DNA of 64,000 bases from Planctomycetia bacterium (lineage in GTDB: Bacteria; Planctomycetota; Planctomycetia; Pirellulales; UBA1268). A model generated the notes under the pieces. It had not been told where the DNA came from. It did no database searches and saw nothing but the letters and a program-made list of their open reading frames with translations. Where the stretch lies: assembly GCA_046092145.1 (NCBI GenBank), contig JBJTDB010000374.1:15762-79761 (forward strand), written 5' to 3'. The position numbers were made by a program, and so were the translations under genes. Numbering within the stretch: position 1 is the first letter of the stretch; each line of letters starts with the position of its first letter. Below, piece after piece: positions 1 to 9,012 of this stretch.

Positions 1-1416
1 GACGCAGGGCTCTTGCTCGTGGCATCGGCAGCCGATGGACGGGCGGGGCGGCAGGGCCGGGCGGCTGCCGGCACGATCGCCACGCTCATCGAGCGGGTGC
101 GGGCGGAGCGGTCGCTCCTGACATCGGTGCAGGACGTGATCGATCGGATCGACGACCTGCTCGCCGAGGAGTTTCCGAGACAGGATTTCGATACGGCATC
201 GATCGATGCGGCGGCGGGCGGCGCCGTGCGGGTGATGAACCTCCACAAATGCAAGGGACTCGAGGCGCCGGTGGTGTTCCTGTGCGACGAAGATGGTCCT
301 GATCGTGACCGAGGACCGTCGTGGCATATCTCGCGATCTGCAGTTGGAACCGCGGGCTATCTGAAAATCTCCCGTGCCGGCTTCTTTGGCAAGGAGGGCG
401 CGACGCTTGCGGCGTCTTCGGAATGGCAGCAGGTGGAGCAGACAGAACGCCGCTACCTGGAGGCGGAGTATCTCCGGCTCAATTATGTCGCCGGCACACG
501 GCCTGGCACATGCCTCGTGGTCTCGGTCTTCGAAGACAGCAAGGGAGAAATCACGGGCGGCTGGCACGAACTCTCTCCCGACATCGGGGCCGTCGCGAAT
601 CTGCCCGATCTCGAACCGGATGCCGATGCCGAAGCGGCCCGCTCCGCCGCCGCCGCGCGGCCGCCGGCCGATGCCACGGTGGTCACGGCGGCCCGCGAGC
701 AGGCCGAGAAGCGGGCGAAGTCCATCCGCCTGCCCACGTTTGCCACGGTCACACCGCGCGACTTCCTTACCGAGCCAGCCGAACGGATTCGCCACACGGG
801 CCGGGGACTTGGACAGGAATGGGGCACGGTGATTCACCGGCTCCTCGAACTGGCCGTCATACAACTGGAGAAGCCAGAGGCGACGTTCGACCTGCGGTCA
901 GTCGCCGAGAGCATCATCGAGGAGAGTGATCTCGCCGAAAGCGGCATCGCCCGCCAGACACTCATAGACCGGGCCATCGGGCTCGTCGAGGAGATTCGGC
1001 GGAGCACGGCGTGGCAACGGATCAGCCGGAGCCGCGAGCGGTATGTCGAGGTGCCGTTCACGATCGCCATCCGCGGTGACGAGATCCCGACCGGAGTGGC
1101 GGTCGATATGGGGCCTGGGCAGAGCGAGTCGGCAGGAACCGATCGCATGGTGTCGGCCACGGCAGCGGCCACCCCCCTGCCGGTGCTCGTTCGCGGCCAG
1201 ATCGACGCGGTGTTCGAGGAAGCCGCCGCAACGCCGGACGAGTCTGGGTGGATCATCCTCGACTGGAAGACCACCTCGGTCGCGGATCGCGACGTGGGCC
1301 CACTCCAGGACCACTACAGACCGCAGCTCAGGCTCTACGCCCGCTGCTGGGCGGCAGAGCGTGACTCCCGTCACCCGTTCCTTCCAGGTGTGCAGCGTGG
1401 TGATCGTGGCAGGTGA
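1..1416 (+). CDS. UvrD/AddA-type helicase-nuclease, C-terminal part (5' end outside window)
   Basis: The frame is open from the window edge. A helicase motif VI-like VMNLHKCKGLEAPVVFL is followed by a C-terminal PD-(D/E)XK nuclease signature (GQIDAVFEE, WIILDWKTT, YRPQLRLY). The last ~89 nt overlap the convergent SbcC-like gene. Confidence 0.8.
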   Translation, partial: DAGLLLVASAADGRAGRQGRAAAGTIATLIERVRAERSLLTSVQDVIDRIDDLLAEEFPRQDFDTASIDAAAGGAVRVMNLHKCKGLEAPVVFLCDEDGPDRDRGPSWHISRSAVGTAGYLKISRAGFFGKEGATLAASSEWQQVEQTERRYLEAEYLRLNYVAGTRPGTCLVVSVFEDSKGEITGGWHELSPDIGAVANLPDLEPDADAEAARSAAAARPPADATVVTAAREQAEKRAKSIRLPTFATVTPRDFLTEPAERIRHTGRGLGQEWGTVIHRLLELAVIQLEKPEATFDLRSVAESIIEESDLAESGIARQTLIDRAIGLVEEIRRSTAWQRISRSRERYVEVPFTIAIRGDEIPTGVAVDMGPGQSESAGTDRMVSATAAATPLPVLVRGQIDAVFEEAAATPDESGWIILDWKTTSVADRDVGPLQDHYRPQLRLYARCWAAERDSRHPFLPGVQRGDRGR

Positions 1417-3781
1417 AGAAGATCACCTGGGATCGCTCGGCGAAGCTACGGATGATGCAGGCCGCCTGGCTCATCCGCTCCGCATCGAGGTTCACGAGCG
1501 GGTCGTCGAGGATGATGAAGCCCGTTCCGCCGTCGAGGTAGGCCTCCGCCATCGCAAGCCGCAGCGCCAGTGCGAGCGCTCCACTGGCACCTTGTGAGAG
1601 CCGCTCCGGTGGCAGCGACACGCCGCCGCGATCCACGGCCATCGGCAAGGCCCCATCGAATGCCACCGTCGCCTCCCTTCCCGTGATGCGGGAGAACATG
1701 TCGGCCACCTTCATGCTGAACACTGCCAGAGGGTCGTCGCCACTCCGCGCCGCGATGTGGTCGAGCTCCTCGCGGATGCGAAGGTAGGCCCACCCTCGGC
1801 TCCGGGCCCGTTCGAATTTCCGTCGCGACGCCTCGGCCTCCTCGGCCACGTCTTCACTGCGACGATCACCGAGTCGAGCGGCCAGCCCTCCCAGTTCTTC
1901 TTTCGTGGCGACGAGTGCCCGTTGCCCGTCGAGCCGTCGGTTTTGGGCGCGCTCGAGTTCGGAGAGCAGGGCCCTCGACGATTCGAAGCCGGGCGGCAAG
2001 GCAGGCGCGCCGGCCAGCTTCTCCCTCGCTGCCTTGAGATCGCCCCGCTCCTTGAGCAATCGCTCCCCGAGCGCATCGTGATCGCCATATTCCTTGATCC
2101 AGCCGGCGATCGCCTCCACATGCTTCTTGTTCGCGGCGTTGCCGACAGCCACTTTTTCACTGGCCTCTTTGATGTCCCGCTCGATGACGTCGAGGGCTCG
2201 CGTTTCAGGAAGCCCGTCGACCGCTTTGATCTGCGCCTCCCATTGCTCGAACGTCTTCCCGAGCAGGAGGCCCTCGAGCAGTTTCTTTTTCATCTCGGCG
2301 GCATGTGCCGCGTCACGATGGCGCTGCGCCATGAGCCGCACCTCTTCGGCCGAGTTCGCACCGCAGGCTTCGAGTTCAGTCGCACGGCTCGCACGATTGG
2401 CTGCCAGCGACTCGAACAACGACGCTACGTCATCACCACCACTCTCGACGGTGAGCGTCACACCTCCCACCACGATGCGGACACGGGCTTCGGCCGTTCC
2501 TGTCGCACCCTCGGGGCCCGCCTTCACGGTCTCGGCAGGCTCGCTTCCCCGCTCCAGCACCACCGCCTCCGGCGTTGCGGCCTCGATGCGCCACGCCATT
2601 CGTCGGCTCGCAAGCTTGTTTTCGGCCGCTGTGATCGCCTTTTCGAGCTTTTCAACCGCGTCGAGCCTCGCGGGCCCCGGGTCGGGGAGGCTTCCGACGG
2701 CTTTGTCGGCATTCCGCCAGTCCCGTCGTGCCTCCTCGATCCGCCGAAATGATTCTTTCGCAGCGACGTTGTCCTTGCGTTTCTTGGCGGTGGCGAGTTC
2801 GGTCTCGAGCTTTTCGAGGTGCGACTCGCGTTCCGCTTTCTGCCGCTCCCATTCCTCGATCGCCGCCTGCGCAGCCGGCCACTGCTTGAAGACCGTGGTC
2901 ATCACAGCCTCCGCCGCCACGAGGCGAGGCACCCGCTCGTCCAGCACATCGCGTTCATTCAGACCGTCGCGAAGCGCACCATGCGTCTCGACAAAGGCGG
3001 CCGCATCCGCGATCGTCGCCTCGATCTCCGACACCTCGTGAGTGACACGATCGATGTCTCCTTCGATCGAGAGAAGGTCGGCATGCTCCCCGACGAGCTC
3101 CTGCCAGTCATACCACGCCTGGAGGATGCTCCCGACATCCTTCTTCCAGCGATTGCCGGCGACCTTTTCCTGTCCCTGTTGACGTTCCGGCTTGCCATGC
3201 TCGTCATCCCAGCGGCTGAAGGCGGCCTCGATCTGCTCCTCCACCAGGCGTCGCAATCGCTGCTCGTCCACATCGGCAGACGAACCGGCTGTGGCGTTGA
3301 GCATGTCGCGGATGTCGCGCAGGTCGGCTGCATTGTTCTTGATGGCGACGAGCGTCTGCTCGAGTTCCGACTGTCCCGTGAACAGCACATGCCGATACGT
3401 CGCCTCGCCATGTGCGAGCATCTCGCCAAGACGCGTCTGCACGGTGGCCGGATCCGCGATCGATGTCGTGCCGTTACTGAGTCGGCTGACCGGACCGGCA
3501 CCCCACCTTTTTTCCAGCGACCACGTGTCGCCGTCGTGCTCGAACGTGAGCGTGACCTGGGCGTAGTCTCCCGCCGGCAGTGGAAGCCAGGGCCCCACCG
3601 TATCCCCGAGTTTGGTCTTCGTGAGCTTGGTCGGCGTGAAAAGCGAGTGGAAGATCGCCTGCCGAAGCGTCGTCTTGCCCTTCTCATTCGGGCCATGAAC
3701 GACCACCAGCGACGTTGCCAGATCCCATGACGCGTCGGTGAAATGACCGAACGGATGGAGCCGTATGTTCGTGAGCCTCAT
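1328..3781 (-). CDS. SbcC/Rad50/YhaN-like AAA ATPase
   Basis: Walker A HGPNEKGKTTL at the N-terminus, a long E/A/R/L-rich coiled-coil-like middle, and a C-terminal signature LSQGASGALALALRLA, Walker B FIILDDP and FFTCH. The ATG at 3781 forms an ATGA overlap with the stop of the upstream SbcD-like gene. Confidence 0.85.
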   Translation of the reverse strand: MRLTNIRLHPFGHFTDASWDLATSLVVVHGPNEKGKTTLRQAIFHSLFTPTKLTKTKLGDTVGPWLPLPAGDYAQVTLTFEHDGDTWSLEKRWGAGPVSRLSNGTTSIADPATVQTRLGEMLAHGEATYRHVLFTGQSELEQTLVAIKNNAADLRDIRDMLNATAGSSADVDEQRLRRLVEEQIEAAFSRWDDEHGKPERQQGQEKVAGNRWKKDVGSILQAWYDWQELVGEHADLLSIEGDIDRVTHEVSEIEATIADAAAFVETHGALRDGLNERDVLDERVPRLVAAEAVMTTVFKQWPAAQAAIEEWERQKAERESHLEKLETELATAKKRKDNVAAKESFRRIEEARRDWRNADKAVGSLPDPGPARLDAVEKLEKAITAAENKLASRRMAWRIEAATPEAVVLERGSEPAETVKAGPEGATGTAEARVRIVVGGVTLTVESGGDDVASLFESLAANRASRATELEACGANSAEEVRLMAQRHRDAAHAAEMKKKLLEGLLLGKTFEQWEAQIKAVDGLPETRALDVIERDIKEASEKVAVGNAANKKHVEAIAGWIKEYGDHDALGERLLKERGDLKAAREKLAGAPALPPGFESSRALLSELERAQNRRLDGQRALVATKEELGGLAARLGDRRSEDVAEEAEASRRKFERARSRGWAYLRIREELDHIAARSGDDPLAVFSMKVADMFSRITGREATVAFDGALPMAVDRGGVSLPPERLSQGASGALALALRLAMAEAYLDGGTGFIILDDPLVNLDAERMSQAACIIRSFAERSQVIFFTCHDHHAAHLEGTGDGSHALPPSSGRRA

Positions 3782-4908
3782 ACCTTCGACGCTTTTTCGA
3801 TGAGTTCGTGGGCGAGGGTGGCGGCCTCGGGGTGATCGGTGTCGGCAAGGAGGGACGTGAGCAGCCGCTCCGCGAGTCCGCCGCGTCGATAGCGGCGGGC
3901 AATCTGCGTGGCATCGAGCCGGTCGTGGATGTCGCTTTCGACGCTCACGCATGGAAATCCGGACCGAATGCGCTCGATGGACGCCTCCAACTCAGATCTC
4001 TCCGCACCCGAAAGCCGGCCGGTGAGCTGCAGGTCGAGAATCGTGGATCCAGCATCGAGGGCTCGGCAATCGCGCACCAAGCCAGCAACGTCGTCACTTC
4101 CGAGCAATTCCCTCTCGATTCGCACAAATCGCATACGTCCCGGGGTAAGCCGTTCGTACCGCGAGACCCGGCTCCCCTCGCACTCGATCCACCAGGCCGA
4201 CCCGGGATGACGGCAGCGGAGCGAGTCGGGCGTGTGGGTGCCGGCCATGAAGATGGTCGATGCCCCGCCCGCTTCGACGGTCGGAAAAGGCACATGAATG
4301 TGGCCGAGCAGCCAGGTCGCCACGCCGGCCGAATCGAGGGCTGACCGATCCATGCTGAAATACTGATCGGCGGCATCGAGCCCCAAGCCGGGAACGTTGC
4401 CATGGGCAACGCCGATCCGAAGGCCATGGTCATGATTTCGGGTCGCTTCAGCCACCCAGCCGATCATCGGCTCGCGGCCGGTTTTCGACGGGCACGGGCA
4501 TGGGAAAAAATGCACCGGCTGACCGTTGATGTCGTAGGTCTTCACCTCGGGCGACGCGAGCAGATCGATGTTCGCCGCGCTCTCCGTCTCCCGGCGAAAT
4601 CGCTTCCAGAGTTCCGACTCCGGGCCGGCGTGATGATCATGGTTGCCAGGCACGACAATCACCGCGGTGCCGCCGAATCCCCGCAGCAGTGCCGCCGTCC
4701 GTTCGATGTCGAGCGCCTTCACCCGAGGCGAGTCGAAAAGGTCGCCCGCGATCACGAGGAAATCGGCATCACGCTCGTTGGCGATGTCCACGATCCGGCC
4801 GAGTGCCTCGAAGCGCTCCTCGGCGAGTCGCGTGCCGACCTCGGGCGGATACTGCTTGAACGGCAGGCCGATGTGGTTGTCGGCCGTGTGGAGAATACGA
4901 ATCGGCAT
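3778..4908 (-). CDS. SbcD/Mre11/YhaO-like metallophosphoesterase
   Basis: Calcineurin-like motifs ILHTADNHIG, IAGDLFD, VVPGNHD and GHIH. Start set at ATG 4908 (MPIRILH). Confidence 0.85.
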   Translation of the reverse strand: MPIRILHTADNHIGLPFKQYPPEVGTRLAEERFEALGRIVDIANERDADFLVIAGDLFDSPRVKALDIERTAALLRGFGGTAVIVVPGNHDHHAGPESELWKRFRRETESAANIDLLASPEVKTYDINGQPVHFFPCPCPSKTGREPMIGWVAEATRNHDHGLRIGVAHGNVPGLGLDAADQYFSMDRSALDSAGVATWLLGHIHVPFPTVEAGGASTIFMAGTHTPDSLRCRHPGSAWWIECEGSRVSRYERLTPGRMRFVRIERELLGSDDVAGLVRDCRALDAGSTILDLQLTGRLSGAERSELEASIERIRSGFPCVSVESDIHDRLDATQIARRYRRGGLAERLLTSLLADTDHPEAATLAHELIEKASKV

Positions 4909-5247
4909 GGAAGGCCATTCCTCGAAACCGGCACCCGCCGGCAAACCCGTAGTCTATGAAGAACGGCCGACCGTGCTCCCCGCGACGGAAAAGACCGCCG
5001 GATCGCACCTGCGAGGCACCCGTCCCGCGGAACTGTCCCGTCGTCCACTCCGCCGCACGCGGCCGGCGGAACTTTTTCACCTCGCCCGCAAAATGCCGTT
5101 GCTTTGCCGGCACCTCTCGCTGCGGCGACCACGACGTCCTGCTTGCCCGGCGCCCTCACCGCCCCCTACCGTTTCCGGCCCACGGGATGGCCGGCCCGCG
5201 TCGGGCCCCGCCTGTTTCTCCCCCGGGGCTCTCGAGAGGTTCCCACG

Positions 5248-5643
5248 ATGATCGGCAAGAAGACCCTGCTGCAATGTTTCGTTGGAACGCTCACCTGCGT
5301 GGCCGTGATCGCGTCTGGCTGGGATGCCGAAGCCGCGGGCAGACGGCATTGCAGGAGGGCGTGTTGCTGCACCCCCTGCTGCGCACCGGTGTGCGATCCC
5401 TGCTGCACGACGGCCTGCGCGCCGGCGTGTGATCCCTGCTGCCAGACGACCTGCACGACCTGCTATCGCAGCGTCGATGCCTGCTGCTGCACCGACCGCT
5501 GCGGCTGGACGGTCGTGAGCAGCCCGGTGATCGTGTCGTCTCCCTGCTGCGCCGCCGACACGAAGGCGGCATCGAGCACGGAGGCAGTCGCGGTGAAGCC
5601 TGCCGCAAAGGCCACGACCGTCTTGGCCACCTCGGCCCGCTGA
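5248..5643 (+). CDS. small secreted cysteine-rich protein
   Basis: Signal-peptide-like N-terminus MIGKKTLLQCFVGTLTCVAVIASG. About 21 Cys follow within ~60 residues as CC/CCC clusters (ACCCTPCCAPVCDPCCTTACAPACDPCC), then an A/T/S-rich tail. GC3-biased frame. Confidence 0.6.
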   Translation: MIGKKTLLQCFVGTLTCVAVIASGWDAEAAGRRHCRRACCCTPCCAPVCDPCCTTACAPACDPCCQTTCTTCYRSVDACCCTDRCGWTVVSSPVIVSSPCCAADTKAASSTEAVAVKPAAKATTVLATSAR

Positions 5644-5830
5644 CCCGTCGCCCGCGATCCGTCCTCTGGCATGAAGTCCAGGGCAACGCTCCCACTCCCG
5701 CGCGGAGGCCCCGCCCTCCGCGCGGGAGTTTTGTTCTTCCGAGGCTCGGAAACCACCTGCGGGCCAGGCCTGGAGGACCGGGTACGCACCAGCGGCCGGA
5801 GGTCATGACGGCGAGGCTTGCGTGGAGCGA

Positions 5831-5963
5831 GGGGCTGCCCGTGCCCCGGGAGCTGGCGTATGCAGGCAAGCGAAGCAAGGATTGCGGAGCGCAGTCTGCA
5901 TCCGAGTGAGCGGAGGGCACGATGCCCTCCGCGAACGTCCGGCAAAGGGGCACGGGCAGCCCC
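5831..5963 (+). repeat. family A structured repeat, copy A1 (133 bp)
   Basis: The termini ggggctgcccgtgcccc and ggggcacgggcagcccc are perfect inverse complements. Inner hairpins are atgcag/ctgcat and cggagggca/tgccctccg, and the conserved blocks ggagcgcag and gcgaacgtccggc are present. The element ends 8 nt from the HDAC stop codon. Confidence 0.8.
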
Positions 5964-5970
5964 GAGCCCG

Positions 5971-6906
5971 CTACACGCGACCGCTCGGCATCCTGCCGGC
6001 CAGCCCTTGGGCCGCCTGCGCCGCCAGCAGCATCGTGGCGGCGTGGATATCGACGATCGACTCGATATCGGTGCAATACCCGCCCCCGCAGACGATGGCG
6101 ATCGGGGCACCTGCCGTGCTCGCGGCATCGAGCACGAGCCGGTCGCGGTCAAGAAGCCCCCGCTTCGTGAGCCGAAGCCGCCCGAGCCGGTCGCCCTCGT
6201 AGGGATCGGCGCCGGCGATGAAGAGCACGAGATCGGGCCGCGACCGTGAAAACGATTCCTGCACCGCGGCCTCCAGCCGCTCCAGGTATTCCGCGTCGCC
6301 CGTGCCATCCTCGAGCCCGACATCGAGCGACCCTGGATGCTTCCGCAGCGGAAAATTCTTCGCACCGTGGATCGACATCGTGAAGACCGTCTCGTCGTCG
6401 GCGAAGATCTCGGCCGTGCCGTTGCCCTGGTGGACGTCGCAATCGAGCACCAGCACCCGCCGGACCGCGCCCCGCGCCTGCATCTCGCGGGCCGCGACGG
6501 CCACGTCGTTGAACACACAGTAGCCCTCGCCGAAGTCGCGGCCCGCATGATGCGTGCCGCCTGCCAGGCTCGCCGCCGCGCCATCCTGCAGGGCGGCCGC
6601 CGCGGCATCGACCGCGGCGCCCGTGCTGCGAAGCGAACGCTCCACGAGCTCGGGGCTCCAGGGGAATCCGATCCGGCGGACTTCCGCCGGCGACAGCGCG
6701 CCTGCCATCACCCGGCCGACATACTCGCGGCAGTGAACCCGCAGCAGTTCGTCGGCCGTGGCCGCGTGCGGCTCGATGAACTCGAGCGGCGCGCCCTCGG
6801 CGGCATGCCGCTCGAGCCGCTGCCGGAGGCGGGAATATTTTTCGATCGGAAACCGGTGGCCCTCCGGGAGCGGAAGGTGGAACCGGTCGCACGGAAAGAG
6901 CCGCAT
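5971..6906 (-). CDS. histone deacetylase-family (HDAC/AcuC-like) deacetylase
   Basis: Class I/II HDAC motifs GGTHHAGRDFGEGYCVFND, LDCDVHQGNGT and GADPYEGD. Start at ATG 6906 (MRLFPCDRF). Confidence 0.85.
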   Translation of the reverse strand: MRLFPCDRFHLPLPEGHRFPIEKYSRLRQRLERHAAEGAPLEFIEPHAATADELLRVHCREYVGRVMAGALSPAEVRRIGFPWSPELVERSLRSTGAAVDAAAAALQDGAAASLAGGTHHAGRDFGEGYCVFNDVAVAAREMQARGAVRRVLVLDCDVHQGNGTAEIFADDETVFTMSIHGAKNFPLRKHPGSLDVGLEDGTGDAEYLERLEAAVQESFSRSRPDLVLFIAGADPYEGDRLGRLRLTKRGLLDRDRLVLDAASTAGAPIAIVCGGGYCTDIESIVDIHAATMLLAAQAAQGLAGRMPSGRV

Positions 6907-7061
6907 GGCGGAAAGTGTAGCCCTCCGGGGCCACCGGAGCAGACGCGGCCCCCCTCGGATTGCCCTTGCACACACCGATGCAAGAGGCGACTCTCACGGT
7001 GAACGGCCGCCTCCGCCGCCGCCCGATCCACTGCGACCCGAGAAACGGGAGCATCGACCGC

Positions 7062-8855
7062 ATGACCCTCGACTGGCTTCTTCAGCACTGGCAGCCCTTG
7101 CTGACGGCCATCGTGTCGATCGTCACGATCGTGCTGCTGCTTGTCGGCCAGCGGGCACCCGACATGGTCATGATGGGGGCGGTGATCGTCCTCCTCGCCG
7201 CCGGCGTGCTCACGCCCGACGAGGCGCTGCGGGGCATGAGCAACGAGGGGATGATCACGGTCGCCGCGCTCTTCGTGGTGGCCTCCGCGGTGGAGCGGAC
7301 CGGCGCCCTGGCGACGATCGTCGATCGCGTGCTCGGCCAGCCGCGATCGCTGGCCAGCGCCCAGCTCCGCACCATGATCGGCCCCGGCGCCACCTCCGCC
7401 TTCATGAACAACACGCCTGTCGTCGCGCTCATGGTGCCGGCGATCCGCGACTGGGCCCGCAAGCACAGGCTCTCGGTGTCGAAGCTGCTGATGCCAATGA
7501 ACTGCGCCGTGGTTCTCGGCGGGCTGTGCACGCTCATCGGCACGAGTACGAACGTCGTCGTCAGCGGCCTCGTGTCCGGGAAGACAGGACGGCCGCTGGG
7601 GATGTTCGAGATCACGTGGCTCGGGGTCCCGATCTTTCTCGTCGGCATGGCCTACCTCCTGCTGGCCAGCAAGCTACTGCTCAAGGACCGGCGGCCGGCG
7701 ATGAGCGCCAGCGACGATCCCCGGGAGTATTCGCTCGAGATGCTGGTCGAATCGGGCAGCCCGCTCGTCGGCAGGACGATCGAAGAAGCGGGCCTGCGCG
7801 GTCTCCACGGTCTTTATCTGATGGAAATCGACCGAGACGGCCACGTGATGGCCGCCGTCGCACCGACCGAACGGCTCGAGGCGAGCGACCGGCTCGTCTT
7901 CGTCGGCGTGGTCGATTCCGTGCTGGAGCTTCAGAAGATCCGCGGCCTTCGGCCGGCGACCGACCAGGTGTTCAAGCTCGACGATCCGCGGAGCGAGCGG
8001 GTGCTCGTGGAGGCGGTCGTATCGAGCAGCTGCCCCCTGGTGGGAGGCACGATCCGCGAGGGACGCTTCCGCTCGACCTACGGCGCCGTGGTGATCGCGG
8101 TGGCCCGCGATGGCGAGCGGCTGCAGATGAAGATCGGCGACATCGTCCTCGAGCCGGGCGACACGCTGCTCCTGGAGGCCAGCCCGGCATTCGTCGAACG
8201 GCAGCGGTCGAGCCGCCACTTCTACCTCGTCAGCCAGGTCGATGGCTTCGCCCCGCCACGGCACGATCAGGCGTGGATCGCACTGACGGTGCTGGCGGGC
8301 ATGGTGCTCGCGGCCACGCTCGAACTGGCGCCGATGGTGGCGGCGGCCCTGGTCGCCGCCGGCATCGTGCTGGTGACCCGGTGCGTCTCGTCGACCGACG
8401 CCCGCCGCTCCATCGAATGGGAGTCGCTCCTGCTGATCGCCGCCAGTTTCGGCCTGGCCAAGGCGATGGAGAAGACGGGCCTCGACGAGATCGTCGCCCA
8501 GTCGGCCATCGGCGCCGCCGGCGACAGCCCCCACCTCGTGCTCGCCGCGGTCTATGTAGTCACGATGCTGGCGACCGAGCTGATGAGCAACAACGCCGCC
8601 GCCGTGCTGATGTTCCCGATCGGCTGGCAGGCCGCGGCCGACATGGGGGTGAACCCGATACCCTTCGTGATGGCCGTCACGATCGCCGCCAGCTGCGGGT
8701 TCGCCACGCCGATGGGCTATCAGACCAACCTCATGATCTACGGCCCGGGTGGCTACAAGTTCTCCGACTATGTCCGCTTCGGCGGGCCGCTCAACCTGAT
8801 CGTGATGGCCCTCACCGTGATCCTGGCCCCATTCATCTGGCCCTTCGGCCGGTGA
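7062..8855 (+). CDS. SLC13/DASS-family anion permease with two central TrkA-C domains
   Basis: Polytopic hydrophobic protein. The central soluble repeats (EMLVESGSPLVGRTIEEAGLR..., VEAVVSSSCPLVGGTIREGRFR...) are typical of TrkA_C. Start at ATG 7062. Confidence 0.8.
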   Translation: MTLDWLLQHWQPLLTAIVSIVTIVLLLVGQRAPDMVMMGAVIVLLAAGVLTPDEALRGMSNEGMITVAALFVVASAVERTGALATIVDRVLGQPRSLASAQLRTMIGPGATSAFMNNTPVVALMVPAIRDWARKHRLSVSKLLMPMNCAVVLGGLCTLIGTSTNVVVSGLVSGKTGRPLGMFEITWLGVPIFLVGMAYLLLASKLLLKDRRPAMSASDDPREYSLEMLVESGSPLVGRTIEEAGLRGLHGLYLMEIDRDGHVMAAVAPTERLEASDRLVFVGVVDSVLELQKIRGLRPATDQVFKLDDPRSERVLVEAVVSSSCPLVGGTIREGRFRSTYGAVVIAVARDGERLQMKIGDIVLEPGDTLLLEASPAFVERQRSSRHFYLVSQVDGFAPPRHDQAWIALTVLAGMVLAATLELAPMVAAALVAAGIVLVTRCVSSTDARRSIEWESLLLIAASFGLAKAMEKTGLDEIVAQSAIGAAGDSPHLVLAAVYVVTMLATELMSNNAAAVLMFPIGWQAAADMGVNPIPFVMAVTIAASCGFATPMGYQTNLMIYGPGGYKFSDYVRFGGPLNLIVMALTVILAPFIWPFGR

Positions 8856-9012
8856 TCCTCGCCCGCGCGACGCTCCACGCGGGCCGGTCGTGCCGGTCGC
8901 ACCGACCGCCGAGGCGTCATCATCGGCACGACCGACGCCGGCCGCCCTCCGTTTCGGGGAAAACCCCCGTGGAAACTTTCCAACGAGGGATGGCGAACGT
9001 ACCCTCAACGGC

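Noticed and set aside
1-4908. Helicase-nuclease plus SbcCD-like genes as a dedicated anti-phage defence system
   Set aside because: The genes are convergent rather than in one operon. The motifs fit ordinary DSB-repair enzymes (AddA/RecB-like, YhaO/YhaN-like). No mobile-element or island hallmarks flank them. Retained only as a low-interest note.
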